Part shown: positions 12,399 to 26,196 of the stretch, piece by piece
How positions within the stretch are numbered: the first letter of the stretch is position 1
How the letters are laid out: every line of letters begins with the position of its first letter
Assembly: GCA_004431415.1 (NCBI GenBank)
Contig: QPMI01000434.1
Coordinates: 248,001 to 312,000, forward strand
Reading direction: 5' to 3'
DNA: 64,000 bases
DNA from: Cyanophora paradoxa CCMP329
Taxonomy: Eukaryota > Plantae > Glaucophyta
The notes under the pieces: generated by a model
The model's input: the letters and a program-made list of their open reading frames with translations, nothing else
What the model was told of the DNA's origin: nothing
The model's database searches: none
Position numbers and translations under genes: made by a program

Positions 12399-15300
12399 AT
12401 GCGGGGCGCAGGGAGCGCGCTGGGCTTGCTCTGCGTGGCGACGCTTCTTTCCTGGGTAGCGGGGCAAGGTCCAGGCCATGCGCCCTGTGCCACGCGCCCC
12501 GCCAGCTAAGCGTTCCCGCAGTGGCCACGCCGTCGCCGGCGGGCTCGGCACCGCGCGCGCCGCCAGTGCCAACGGGTCTGAGAAGCCTGGACTATTCGAC
12601 GCGGTATCTTTCTGTGGCCTGGGACTTCCCCATCGGCGCGGATGCGTCCGTCGTCTTCGAGCTGCAGGTCTTCCCGCGCGGGGCTGCGGGGCGCCGGCGC
12701 AGCTCTGAAGCGGGCGGTAGGCCTCTCTGCGCACGGCGGGGGCGAACGACACGCAGGCCTCGTTCGTGCGGACGCAGCGGACGACAGCGGCGGTCTCGGG
12801 GCTGATCCCGGGGCGCGTGTACGCGGTGCGGGTCCGCACCGTGGACCCCCGCTTCAACGTCTCCAGCGCATTTTCCGACGGCCTCGCGTTTCTCATGCGC
12901 TCCGAGGGTCCGTCCCGCCCGCCTGCCTGCCCACTCCTGTCCTGAGGCCCGGGCCTGTTCCAGTGCCGGACCCGCCGGCTCGCCTGAGGCAGGTGAGCAA
13001 GACGGGAACGAGCGTCACGATCGCGTGGGACCGGCCCAACGACAACGGCGAATCCCTTTTCGGATATGAGGCGCGACGTGGCCCGCCGCCCTCCGCCCGC
13101 CGCCCGTATGACGCGCCCCGGCAGGTCGAGATGGACAACGGCCCGGGGACGGAGCTTCGGGGGGTGCGCAACACGTCGAGGGAGGGGTTCCGCGTCGACT
13201 TCCTCAACATGGGCGTCTGGTACCGCTTCCGCGTCTCCGGTACCCCCCTCTCCGGCCCGGGTACGGGCACCAACGGCCCCTGAGCCCCCCGCGCAGCGTC
13301 GAATATGCTCGGCCGCGGGCCCTACTCCCAGACCCTCTCGATCCGCACATCCGCCCGTCCGCCCCGTTCCGCGCCCCGCCCCGCGCCCGACCGCTTTGCC
13401 CGACCTGCCCCCCCCCCCCCCCCCCTCTCCCCCCCCTCCCCCCCACGCAGCGCCCGAGCAGCCGGAGCCCCCGACCCTCATCCTCTCCCGCGATTTCAGC
13501 CTGGTACCCCCCCCCCCCCCTTCCTCTGCAGAAAGCCGAGGTGAACAAAAGAACAACAGGTGGTGGGGTACGTGCCGCCGGACCCGAATGACGCGGCGAT
13601 CGACCTCTACCGGATCGACATCGACCGGCTCGAGGGCGGCGGGCCCTTCAACTCGGCCAGCACGGCCATGTTCGCGTGCGCCCTCCCCGCGCCCCCGCTT
13701 CCTCCTTGCTTCCGCCTTCGCGGGGCGACGGGGGCGGGGCAGGGTCGCGGGGACGACTGCGGCGCTGGAGTTCGAGGCGAGGGGCCTGGTCCCCGCGCAC
13801 CCGTACGCGCTCCGCGTCGCGGCGCGCAACGCCAACGGGTTCGGGCCGCCGAGCCACCCCGCCGTCTTCAGCACGCGCCCCGGAGGTCCGTCCGCCTCGC
13901 CGTCCGCGCCCCTCGTGCGGGGGAAGCTCGGCGCGATCCCCGCCCTCTCGCCTCGCCGGCAGCGCCGCTGGCGCCGGTGAACCTGACGGCGTGGAGCCGG
14001 ACGCCCTACTCCCTGAACCTCACCTGGGGCATCCCCTGGGACTCCGGCTCCCCCGTCACCCGCGTCGAGGCCCGCCCGCCCGCACCCGCCTCCCAGCGCC
14101 TGGTCTGACGCCCCTGCCTGCCCAGGTGTGGCGGGGCCCGAGCGTGGAGCTCGAGTTCTCGCCGCTGGGCAACGCCAGCGTCACCTCGTACGAGGTGCGC
14201 GGCCTCCGCCCGGGCACCATGCAGGCCTACAAGGTCCGCTCCCTCCGCTGCTACGCTGCTGGCGCCGGGCTGAGCGGGGCGGGGCCAGGTGCGGGCGGTG
14301 AACGCGTACGGGCCCTCGCCCTTCTCCGAGGCCGTGGAGCTCCTCACGCTCCCCACCAACCCCGAGATCCCCGTGCCCGCGTTCCAGCCTGTACCCCCCG
14401 TCCCGGGGCGCCGGGGGCCTCACGGACGCGGGGCAGGTGAACCTGCGGGCGCTCTACGTGAACTCGAGCTACGCGATCGTCGTGTGGGACCCGGGCCGCA
14501 TCAACGGCGCCCTCTTCATCCGCTACGAGGCCCGCCTCCCCGAGATCAGACCCATCAAACCCCTCAGACCCCTCATCTCGGCTCCTTCAGGTGGAGGTCT
14601 CGATCCCCGCGGGCCCCAAGGTCGACAACCGCGCGGCGAACGTCACGGAGACGGAGTACAAGGGCGCCAACATGTACCCCGGCATGACCTACGCCCTCCG
14701 CGTCCGGACGCGCAACGCCGTGCGCGCCTTCTCCCCCCCCCCCTTTTTTTTCGCGGGCGGCGGTTCCAGCGCCGCTGAATCGGCTTCAGGTGGGCCCCTC
14801 CGACTTCACTGACTTCCTCTTCTTCCAAATCGACTACCGCGGTGCGCCGGCCGCCCCGGCCGCACCGTCGCCCGCCCCCGCCGCTCACCTGGCGTTGCGC
14901 CCTTGGGGCAGTGCCGGACGCGCCGGACGCGCCCTTCCCCATCGACCACACGCGGGACAGTATCACGGTACCCGCGGCCCTCCCCGCAGCGGCCCTCGCC
15001 GGGGCCCACCGCGCGCCCCAGGTCGGCTGGCTGCCCCCGGCCGAGGACGGCGGGAAGCCCATCACGGGGTACGTCGTCTACATCGACGACGGCTTCAGCG
15101 GCCCCTTCGGCATCTACACGCGCTGCCCCAGTGACCGGCCCGACGTGCTCCAGTGCACCGTGCGCGTCCAGGGCTCGAATCCCCGCGGGGCCGTTTCCCT
15201 CACCGCCCCGCAGATCTCGGACTTGAAGCCGAACCAGTACCGGGTACGCGTTGCGGCGCGCAACGCGGTCGGCCTCTCTGTACCCTCGGGCATCCTGTCC

Positions 15301-16489
15301 TACGCCACCTTCTTTGAGGGTACCCCCCGCCACTTCCCCTCGACGCTGTGGGGCACGCCCTTCCTCAGGCGCTCCGCAGGCCTCGACGTGTACGACTTCA
15401 GCGTCGGCGGCGGCGTGCGTGCCCGCCCCGCAACCTCCCCCCCACCCGCCCGCCCCGCCGCGCCGCGCCGCGCCCCCGCCCCCGCGCCGAGGCGGCCGCT
15501 GCAGATCGCGCTCGCCGGGGCGGCGCACATCAACACGGTGAACGGCCACCTGAGCCTCACGGACTCGCTGCCCAACGACGCGCTCTCGCCGGAGGGGTAC
15601 GCGGGGGCGGCGTGGAGCATGCAGAGCGTGGACATCGAGAAGGCGTTCGACGTGCGCTGGGTCTTCGCCATCCTGAGGCAGTCCGCGACCTGCAAGGCGC
15701 CCGTCAACCTGCCCCGCGACTGCGTCCGCCGCGGCGGCGACGGCTTTGCCTTCGTCATCTGGGCCGCCTCCAACGCCTCCCAGTTCGCGGTCCGCTCCGC
15801 TTGGCTGCCTCCAGGCCCGCCGCCTCGCCCCGGAGCCGACGGGCGCGCCTTCTCAGGTGGGCGACACCGCGGAGGGCCTGGGGTACGCCGGCATCCCCAA
15901 CTCCGTTGCCGTCGAGTTCGACACGTGGTCCAACAGGCCCGTACCCCCCTTTCCCCTTTGCCCCGGTACCCTTCGAACCCCGCGCAGCGAGCTCGGGGAC
16001 CCGTACGACAACCACGTCGCCGTGCAGACGCGGGGCCCGCTGCCCAACAGCGCGAACCACACGGCCACCCTTGCCGCCGCCAACGCCGCCGTACCCGACC
16101 TCAACGACGGCGCCGAGCACCGGGTACTGTACCCCGCTCTCTTCCGGCCGAGTTCCGATCTGGTCTCATTCGAACCGAAGGGCCGGGTCGTGTACACGCC
16201 GTGGTTCGACCACGCACTGCTCTCCGGGGCGGTCGCGGGGTACCAGGTCGGGGCCGGCCCGCCCCTCTTCCCCTTCACGGACCCCCTCTCCCCTCCGGGG
16301 GTACTGGCCGTCTTCGTGGACGACCGGCACGTGCTCTCTGTGCCCATCGACCTGCGCCTCGCGCTCGACTGGACGAACGGGACGAGCGTGCTGCGCCTCG
16401 GCTTCACGGCGGGGACGGGGACGGCGTACCAGGCCCACGACCTGGTCACCTGGCTCCTCTTCTCGGGCCTCGAGGACCTCTCCACCTAG
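12399..16489 (+). CDS. Secreted/surface protein with multiple fibronectin type III repeats and a C-terminal L-type (legume-like) lectin domain
   Basis: Signal peptide MRGAGSALGLLCVATLLSWVAG; repeated W...Y.(V/F)RV.A.N..G FN3 motifs; lectin motifs GGDGFAFVIW, GLGYAGIPNSVAVEFDTWSN, DNHVAV, GFTAGTG. Confidence 0.85.
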
Positions 16490-17574
16490 CCCCTCCCTCG
16501 GCCTCTTTCCACTTTGCTTCGCCCCGCCCCGCCGCAAGCGGCACCGCTCCTGCAGCTGCTCGAGCTCCATCCTCGAGCTCCCTGCTCCAACTTCACATCA
16601 CGCCCCATCTTCGTCTTCTCGCTCGGCCCTGCTGGCCGCCTAGTACCAGCGGCCCTCTCTCTTCCCTCTCCCCGCCCCCGGCACCCAGCCGTTCCTCCCC
16701 CCTCCCTCCTCGCTAGCTTGCGCATGCTCCTCGCGCCCCGATCGCGCCGCGGCGCCCAGCCTCTGGCCCACGCCCTGTCCCTGACCAAGGCCGCGCGCGG
16801 CTCGCTTGCCCTTTGTTTGATCGTATGCCGAAACCTAGGCCTAGGTCTAGCTCTAGCCCGGTAGCCTAGCTATAGTAGACCGCGCGCTGCTAGCCGCTGA
16901 GCGAGCTAGCACTAGCCCGACGTCGCCCGACGGCGAGAGGGGCGCGCGGGGCGGCCGGCCGCGGGGGCAGCTCGACCACGGCCCGTCGGATAGAGCTCGA
17001 GGCTAGAGCTAGAGCAAGGCGTGCGCGAGTTCGATGAAGGCCGAGGCGATCGTTCCTCACGCTTGGCTCAAACGTTGCACCCCCCGCGCGCTTTCTCCCC
17101 AGTACTAGTACCGTAGTGCGACCTTCGGAAGTGAAGTCCCCGACTCGGTGTCCGCGTCCGCACTCGGCGCACGGCGCGCTTGCATCTTTTAGGATCGATC
17201 GATCAAGTACGCTGCTCTCCGCCGCCGGGCGAGCGTGGCCGGAGCTCATCGAGTTCTCCCGCGCTAGCCAGCCAGCGCGTAAAACGCCGTCGGTGCGTCA
17301 TCTAGGGTACCGCCCGCGCACGGCACACCGCCCGCTTCCAAGGGACTCGGACCAGTCTCGCGCACCAGATCTTGTCTCGAGCATTCCAACTTGTCTGAGA
17401 GGTCAGTCTACATCGAAGTAATTTAACAGATCTCCTCAGCTACCGCGATTGTGACGTTTTCCCGCAGCTGACCACTCGCTTCGATCGGCCGGCGCAAGGC
17501 GCCGGCGCCAGCGTTGACTGTGGCGGCGTCGGCCTAGCTGGGAGACGGCGGAGACGGCTTTAAAATCAGGCCGC

Positions 17575-20209
17575 ATGACGAAGCCGCCCAAGCAGGTTGG
17601 CCCACAATTCGTATTTAAGATCCCGCTACAGATTCGGCGCGCCGATCATGAGTTCGTGCACAGCGCCAGGCATAAGGACCGTGAGGCGAGGTGGGAGCGG
17701 CGTCGGGGCGGCTCTTGTTCGGCCCACTGCAGGGGGATGGCCCGCATTGATCTGGAAGAGGAGGAGGTGCATGCGCTCGCCGATCCCGGCCGGGGCTTGT
17801 CGCAGGCCCAGGCCTAGAACTTAAGGGCTCTTTTGTTTAGTCGCCTATGCTTCAAGGCTTCTCGAGCTCTAGGCCGGACGCTCGAGTTTGCCGGAGCTGG
17901 AACACGTTGCTTGCGAGGGATCGGACTAACCGCCGCCGGCGCGCCCCAGGAGGAGGCCTTGCGGCACCTGCAGCGGATCTACGGCGAGGTGGACAGGCTC
18001 AGCCACCTCCGCTGGAGCCACAGGGAAGGGGACGAGGTCCGCGCGAGCTCCCCAGCACCTGCACGGCAGGCGGCTGACCGCGCGCCGCGCGCAGTGCGAG
18101 GGCGGGCTGCGCAGCGCGCGGGCAAAGCAGACGCGGAAGCGACTGCTGAGGCTGGCACGGGAGGAGGAGCTGAACGGCAGGGTGCGCTCCGATCGGGGGG
18201 CCCCGCCCGGCCCGAGGTCGCGCACAGGGCCATCGAATCTCGCTGCGCGATCACCGGCAGGTCTCGCAAGGGTACGGCGAGATGACACTCTCCTCGGTGG
18301 GCGAGCTCCTGGCGTGGCTCTCGGAGCCGCCGGAGGAGTTCCGCGCCGCAGGGCTCGCGCTCGGCAGCGACTCCACCTTCGTCGACATCGGCTCGGGATT
18401 CGGCAAGGTCCGGGACGCCCAGTGGCCTCGCATCGAATCAAATCGAATCGAGGTGACGCGCGAGGGCGCTCAGGTGGTCTTCCACGCGGTGCTGCAGTGC
18501 GACGTCAAGGCCGCGCACGGCGTCGAGTACGTCTCCTCCCGCGTCGAGGCCGCCGAGAAGGTCAAGCGCAAGTTCTTCGAGGCAAGCGCGAGCTCGCCCC
18601 GCAGTGCCGGCTGGGCGCGTGCTGACGCGCGCGTGCGCGCAGGAGTACGGGGACCGGATCCGGTTCTTCGCGGGGGACGCGAACCTGCGGCCGTCGTTCG
18701 ACTACACGCACATCTACATGTACGACCGCATCTTCTTCGAGGAGACCTACGAGGTCCGAGTCCGACCCGCATTCGATCCCGCCCGCTCTTCGAGGTCTGG
18801 GAAGAGATCGGGTTCCCGCCGCGCAGAAGCTGTGCCCGAAGCTGGAGGAGTCGGATTTCTCCGTGCTCGTCTCGTACCGCGACACGGCCTTCCTCCGCCG
18901 CTTCGGCCTCCTCCACATCGACCTCATCCACAAGGCGGGCGGCCGCGTTTGAGGGCCGAGGGGTCGAGCCTTGGCTGACGCGGCGCGCGCGCAGATGAGC
19001 CTGCGGAGCACGGGGCGGCAGAACTTCACGGCGTACATATACCGGAAGAAGCAGGCGCCGCGGGAGGAGGTGCTCGCGGCGCGGGCGGAGTGGCGGCGGC
19101 GGCGGCAGGCGGAGCTGGAGGCCTCGCCGCCGAAGCCGAGGCCGAAGGGGCGCGCGGTGGCGGCGGCCGCCAGCATCCTCGCCCGCATCCAGCACGCCCA
19201 CGGCCAGCGGCCCCCGCACGCCCCGCCCCCGCCCCGCGCGGCCTCCAGACCGCCGTCAAGGCTGCCGCCAGGCGCAGCAACAAGCTCAAGCCCGCCACCC
19301 CGACGCCTCGCTCCAGAGGCGGCTTCAGCGAGCGAAGAGGGAGGCAGCCGCGGCGGCGGCGGCGGCAGCGGCGGTGCAGCGGCGGCGGGTGGCGGGGGCG
19401 AAGGCGGCGGGGCGGGCGGGGCGGGGCGGGGGCCCCCGCCCTCGGCGAGGGCTCGGGGCGTCCCAGAAGCGGCCGCGCCCGAGGCCGCTGGAGGTGCACT
19501 GGCGGCGCCTGAGGCGGCGCATCGCCGAGGGCTGGGGCGTCGCACCCCCCGACGCCCCCGGCCTCCCCGGGCCCGTGGAGGCGGAGGAGGAGGGGGGCGC
19601 GGGGCGGGGCGCGGGGCGGGGGGTACCGGGCGGCTTCGTGGAGCGCCTCGCCTTGGACGCGGGGCCGGGGGCGCCCCGAGCCCTGCCGACGTCGCCTCCC
19701 TCCCGGGCCGCTCCGCCGCCGACTTCCTCGCCTGGGAGCTCTTCGGGCCCCCGAGCCTCCTCGACGCCGCCCTCGCCGCGCCCCGCCCCCGCCCTCCGTT
19801 CGCACGGGCGCCTCGTGGGCGGACGCCATCCTTCTCTGCGGCGACGAGAGCGGCGACGACGAGGAGGGGGGGCGGGCGCGCCCGCCGGCCCCGCCGCCCG
19901 CCCCGGCCCCACCCGGCGCCGCCCCGCGAGCCGGGCTTCGGCCCGCGCCCTGCCGCCCCGCCCCCGGTCTTCGGGGCGGGGCTCGCCCCGCGGCGGCCGC
20001 CGGGGCCGCGGGCGGTGGAGTGGCAGCGGGGGGCGGGGCGGGGGCCGGTGGCGGGGGGGTGGGAGAGCGGGGAGAGCGGCGACGAGGCGCTCCCCGAGGG
20101 CCTCCTCGCCTTCCACGACTGGCCCCGGCCCGCGGGCGACGTGTCGGGCACAGCGGCGTCCTTGCGGGTCCCTGAGCCACCGGCCCGGGCACGGGCGCGC
20201 CTCCCCTGA
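17575..20209 (+). CDS. DOT1: DOT1-like class I SAM-dependent histone methyltransferase (copy A)
   Basis: YGE, STFVDIGSGFGK|VVFHA, AHGVEY, FDYTHIYMYDRIF; long low-complexity C-terminal tail with apparent frameshifts. Confidence 0.75.
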
Positions 20210-20724
20210 GCAGGTCGACATGGACCGGCCTGGCCCGCCCTGCCTTCAGCTGACCTTCTGCCATGCGCATTGCTATCTCATCTTCTTTGGCCGCTGCGTT
20301 TCTTTTCGTTTTGCGTTTACGTAGGTGCTGCCGGACAGTGTAACGTCGTCAAATTTTGCTTTTCTGCATAGCTTTCATCATGGCATGTCACAGTCATCGA
20401 ACTTCGGAACTTTAGAAACTGCAGTGCAGTACTAAGATAGACCGTCGGACCTTGGACTTGTAGGGCACTAAAGACAGAATCCGTAGATCCAAGAGTTAGG
20501 ACTAAGATTTAGAGAAGGACCGTCGGAAAGGACTGAAGACCAGGAAGGCAGTTCCAGCGCTTGACGCAGATCGACGCTCTAAGCCCTTGAAGACTCTGAG
20601 AAGGCTTTAGGACTCATGTGCATGCACTGCAGGCTCGGTCTGTACACTGTGACATTTGAAGACGTGTACATGTGCAGGGCCGAGGCCTCAGGCCTGGGGG
20701 CGGGGGCCCCTCGCGAGGCTGCGG

Positions 20725-22576
20725 CTACACGTCGTCGGCCTCCCTGAAGCGGGCCGTCTTGCCGCCCGTGTTCTCCCCCGCCTCCGCATCCCCGCCCGCC
20801 TTCAGCTTGAGGCCCCCGCCCCGCTTGCCCCCCGTCAAGCCCATCGAGCCGGCGGGGCTCCCGGAGGGCCCCGGCCCGGGCCCGGGGCTCGCCTCCGGCC
20901 TGTGCGCCGCGGCGCGGGGCGGGGGCGCCGAGGGCGGCTTCGAGTCCGTGTCGAGGCGCGCCCGCAGGTCCGCGATCTGCGCCGCGCGAGCGAGCGAGCG
21001 AGCGAGGTGAGGCTCGGCGCTCTGAGCGGAGCGGCTGGGGCGGGCGCACGTCGTGCTCGTCGTAGACGAGGGTCCGGTCCTCGTCCCGGAAGTAGAAGTG
21101 GAAGCAGACGAAGAAGAGCGCCAGACAGATCGCCCCGCCCGCCGCGATCGTGAAGCCGCCTGGCAAGAAGGGGCGCAAGAGGGTGAGCGCGCGGCAGATC
21201 TACAGAGGCGGGCGGGCAGGCCCAGCGCACCGGTGACTGGGTTGCACGGCGCAGTGAGTGGCGAGAGGACGGCGGTTAGGCGGGGGTACAGGTGGGTGGG
21301 AGGGGGTGGGGGGTGGGGGTGCACTGTTCATGGTGGAGACGAGGTCGGCGTGGATGCGGGGGTAGCAGACGGGGTTCTCCCGCGAGAAGAGGGGTATGCT
21401 GCCGAGCGCAGCGGTCAGAGAGGGCCCGCGCCGCGGTGCCGTGCGGCGCCCGCCCCGCCCCGCCCTCCTCCGCACTTGCTTCCGCCCTTGGAGATCGCCT
21501 GCTTGACGCAGTAGTCCGGGCAGTCTGCGACAAGAAAAAGGCAGGGGGTAAGAAGGTGGGGGGGAGGGAGGGGGAAGGGCGGATGGGGGGTGGGGGGGTT
21601 GGGGGGGAGGAGGGGAGAGTAGCGGGAGACGAGGCGTACACTTGTTGCCGTCGCCGAGGACGCCCTTCTCGCAGGGGGCGCGGAAGCCGGCGCAGCCGTA
21701 GTCGGTCATCATCCGGCAGACGACGCTGGGCCGCGCCTGCACCGCGTCCCGGTACGCCTGGTCCATCTTGTCCACCCAGTACCTGTTCCACCGGATCAGC
21801 GGGGGTTCGAGGGGTCGCAGGGGAGAGGGGTACGACGCACTGGTCCCCGCTGGCGATCTGGGCGGACAGAACGAGGAAGAACACAGCGACGGCGACGAGG
21901 ATGACGAAGATGACGAAGGAGACAGGCGCGTGGAACGCGACCTCGCGATACCCCCCGCGATTAAGGGGAGGGAGCGGGGGGGGGGGAAGGTACGGGGTAC
22001 GCACCATGTACTTGTTCGTCCCGTGCCGCATGCACGAGTTGCACCAGCCGTCCACGCGGCCGTACGTGCACCAGCCGAAGAAAGACCAGACCATCAGCAC
22101 GCAACCCATCTGCGGGGGAGGCTCTGTTGGCGGCCGGCGCGCGGGCGGTCCGGGGGCGTGTGCGGGCAGCGGCGGAGGCGGCGGACCACAATGAAGGCAA
22201 TGGCTACGCTCTGCAGGGAGCAAGCGAGCGACGGATCAGCGGGGCGAGGCGCTGGCGCCGCGGGAGGGGCCTAAGCGGGGCCACGAACATTGTACATCAT
22301 GTCACCGAAGACAGCCATCGCCCGGTTCCTGCGGCGCCCGAGGGCCCTGAGCGGACGCGGCGCAGGACGCCGGGGGGCAGTGCCGGGAGGCGCACGCCCA
22401 GAGCATCCATCCCAGGCCCACGATGATTGCTCCGCAGATAAAGAACAGTATCTCGCTGCTGATGAGGCAGCTCCGCACCTGGCGGCCGCAGGGGAGTTGC
22501 GTGGGCACTAGGGCGGTGCAGGGGCAGTGCGCGGCCGCACCAGCTCGACTGTGCGGATCTTTAGCTTGACCGCCAT
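20725..22576 (-). CDS. Four-TM tetraspanin-like membrane protein
   Basis: Three N-terminal hydrophobic segments, a Cys-rich loop (CRMMTDYGCAGFRAPC...CPDYC...VCYP), then a fourth TM (GFTIAAGGAICLALFFVCF) and a cytosolic tail. Confidence 0.5.
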
Positions 22577-22883
22577 GCTCAGTGCGGGAGCGTGTGTTGC
22601 TAGCTAGGCGTGCCAGTCCAACCCGGGACACAAGTCCAAACTGCCGCGCTCGTGGAAGCGCCAGCTGCAGGCTGGCGCTGCAGTTAGCTACGCCTTTGGT
22701 AGAGAAGAACCGCCCCGCAGCGCAGCTAATCCCTATAAGGCGGCAAGACGAGTACACAGAGATGGCGCGGAGCTGCGGGAACACAGAGTACACAGAGTAT
22801 GCTGGCTTTGTTCCTCGCTCTACCGCCTTCGGACTTCCGACTTCGGACTTCGCTCGACTGGGGTACAGTCATCGGACAAACCG

Positions 22884-23948
22884 ATGTATCCAGGCGGACC
22901 GCCAGGCCCGCAGGGCCCGCCCGGCCCGCACGGGCCGCCGCATCCGCAGATGCGACCTCCGTTCCCATTCCCAATCCCTCATCCGGGCGTGCTCCCGCAT
23001 CCCGGCATGATGCCGCCCGGCATGCATCCCGGCATGCCCTTCCCACCCGGCATGCATCCGATGATGCCCTTCCCGCACCCGATGATGATGCAGCCTGGCG
23101 TTCCCCACCCGCACATGCCGGGCCCCATTCCCAACCAGCCGATGCCCTCGCAGCCTCCGATGCCCCGCCCGCAGCATCCTCAACAGCCACAACATCTTCC
23201 GATACGGCAGCATCCGCCCCAGCACACGCCGCTTCCTCCGCCGCACGAACTCGGCCCCGGTGGCGAGGGCCCGAGCGGCTCGCAGCCGCCTGGGAAGTAT
23301 CCTCCAGGCCACGTCGATCCCGAGGTCATCGCAGAGCAGCTACCGCACGGGACCGCGTCGCTCGTCGGCGAACTCGACAGTGCGTTTGCCGCGCCTCGCT
23401 CCGCTCGCGCGCCTCCGCACTGACGCGAGCTGAATCGCAGAGAAGCTGCTCGTCTTCCTGCGCGATGGGAGGAAGCTTGTGGGCATCCTGCGGTCCTTCG
23501 ACCAGTTCGGTGCGATTCTGTGCCGCGCCCGCACTGCAGCGCCTGACCAAGACTCCTACTCTGCGCAGCTAATCTCGTGCTGGAGGAGTGCCACGAACGT
23601 ATTATTGTCGGGTTGGATTATGGCGATGTGCCGCTGGGCGTGTATTTGATACGAGGCGAGAACGTTGTCCTGATGGGCGAGATAGTGCGTGGGCGCCTCG
23701 TCCGCTCTAGCTGCCCTCCCGTCGCCGACGCGGCTCCCCGCAGGATCCGGAGCGCGATCCGCCGGGCCCGCCGCTCCGGCGCGTCTCCGTCAAGGAGATC
23801 AAGCAGCTGCAGAAGGACGAGATGGTGGGAGCCGCCCCCGCGCGAGCCCCCGCGCCGCGGCTCACCCGCCCCCCAGGAGCTCCGGAAGAACCACAAAGCG
23901 CTCCGGAACCAGCTACAGAAGCTCGATCTCTTCGACGTGGACTCGTAG
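22884..23948 (+). CDS. LSM1: LSm1 with a long Pro/His/Met-rich N-terminal extension
   Basis: GTASLVGELD|KKLLVFLRDGRKLVGILRSFDQF|ANLVLEECHERIIVG...GVYLIRGENVVLMGEI. Confidence 0.92.
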
Positions 23949-24309
23949 GGCGCCCGGGGCCGGTCTCCTTGTTCGCTGGCCCGCCCCCCGGGCCCGGCCC
24001 CTCTGTGCGCGCGTATTGTCTTAGCGCATGGGCGGCCCGCTCGAATCCCCCCTCCCCGCCCCTGTCTCAGCATCTTCGGTTTTTTCGATCAGCACAAAGC
24101 ACATGACTTCAAGAAGCAGGCTCGAGCTCATGCACTTGCCGGGCCGCCGCTGATTGATATTGGAGAACGGCACAAGCACACGCCGACGTCGACGCCCCTA
24201 GCTGGCCCTCCGCTAGAGCTTGGCCCTCTCGAAGAGATCTTGGGCAGTCGCGCGACTAGGGGAGGAGACGCGGAGGCGGGCCCGCTGGGCCGCCTTCCCC
24301 CCCGGCCCC

Positions 24310-25955
24310 TCACTCGTCCTCGTCCCCCTCGAATTCCTCGTCCTCCTCCTCCTCCCCGCGGCCCCGCGTGAGGAGCCAGTACTGCGCGGGGGAGCGCGCG
24401 GGTGAGGGGACGAGGGGGTAGAGGGGGCGAGAGGGCGGGGGCGGGGGCGGGGGCGGGGGCGCCTGTACGCCGACGTAGAGGACCATGGAGGCGAGGGCGG
24501 CGGCGGTCGCCACGCGCCCCCGCCGCTTGAACGCCTTCTCCTTCCGCTTCGCCGCCGCCCTGTTCATGGACCCGTTCGAGAGACGGGGGAGGACGGGGGG
24601 GGGGGCGTCGAGCGCACGCGGCAGGCGTCTGTGCCGGCTTCTTCTGGCGGAGGCTGAGGCCGTGCTGGAACGCGGATCGCACGTAGGAGAAGTACGACTC
24701 TTCTCCTGCGCGGCCGGAGTCAAGATCTCGAGGGCGGGGGACAAGATGGGGGGGGGGGGGGGGGGGGGGGGGGGATGGACCGCACCGGCGAAGAGGGGCG
24801 GGAGGCGCCAGCGGGCGCGCCGGTCGGCGAGGGCCGGGAGGATGTACCCGTCCGGGTCCAGGGAGCGCGGCGTGCTGGGGCCCGCCTCGAGCAGCGAGCC
24901 GGCGCCCTCCACGTACCGCGCAAGGTTCGGGTAGTCCTGTACCCCATTGAGTGCAGGGGAGGGGGCAGAGAGGCGAGGGGTACGGGACGAGCGCACGGCG
25001 ATGAGACGGGAGAGGGGGTCCCGAATCATAGGCGCCCGCGACTGCGCCAGCAGGTGCCCCAAAGCGTACGCGTCTGCGCTCGTCGGGCTGTCGGAGTGGC
25101 GTCAAAGGATAAATGAGAAGGCGGGGGCGGGGCCGCCCGGGCGGCCGCACCGGCCGCCGAAGAGCCAGCGGTGGTCCCCCAGGCGCGTGGAGAGCGCCTT
25201 GTAGCACTCGTCCGCCTCCTTGTACACCTGCCCAGCAAGCCCGGCGTCAGAAAGAGCGGGGCGGATTTAGCTAGAGCCAGGCTCACTAGTGCAGGCCGCG
25301 TGTACGCCGCCCGGCCGCACGAGCCCCTCGCTTCCGCCCGCATCCGGCCGGTGAGCACGTAGGAGAGGGGCCAGGGCCACCCGTGCGCCGCCGCGATCGC
25401 CCGCCGCGTCACCGGGTAGTTCTCATCCTCCACCCACCAGTTGAACAGCTGCGCCCCTCGCTAAGGACGGGGGGCGGGCGGAGCGCGCGCGCTGGCCCCG
25501 CGCACCATCACCCTGCTCAAGCGCTGCACCAGCGATATCGTCGCCTGAACGTCCGCGCGCTCCGCTGCATCCAGGTAATCGTCCAGGCCGTGACCCTGCG
25601 GCCGCGGAGGGGATCGTTTCGCGCAGCGTCCCAGTGGCACGAGATGGTGCGCGGCACCCTCTCGGTCACGTAAGCGCTGATGCCCTCGAAACCAGAGATG
25701 ACCTGCGCGCCCGCGACGACCACAGGGAACGCCCCTGGCGTTCGCGGCGAGGAATGTATGTCGGTTCATGGCGCGCGTCGCCGGTCGCGTGGGGCCGGCC
25801 AGCGTACCGGTCTCGCTGACCCCGCGCGCTGCTCGCGTCTCATGCGTCTTGTAGCGCACGTCCGCGAGCCTCAGGAGCGCGAGGGCGGCCAAACTGTCTG
25901 GGTCGAAAGCCGGAAGACCGAACGCCGGCACGGATATCCAGAGATCAACGCTCAT
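24310..25955 (-). CDS. Metaxin (MTX1/Sam37-like, GST fold, C-terminal TM)
   Basis: FGLPAFDPDSLAALALLRL, WWVEDENY, ECYKALSTRLGDHRWLFGG|PTSADAYALGHL, YPNLARYV, terminal hydrophobic anchor. Confidence 0.85.
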
Positions 25956-26196
25956 CAGACGCGCATATGCAGACCGCCGAGTGTGCCAGACCTTCTGAAA
26001 CTGAGTACCCCAGTTTGACGAAAAAAGAGCGCACACAACCAGGGCATCCGCAGGCAGAGCCTCTCGTAGGATTCGGAGTGCGTGTGCCCATAGAGCGCAG
26101 TAGCTGCTTGCCGAGCACAGCAGCATCGCCTTGCCCGGATTCGGCCGCCCGCAATAGCTAAGTCGGCGGGGTGCACACGAGCGCCCAGTGTGCGGG

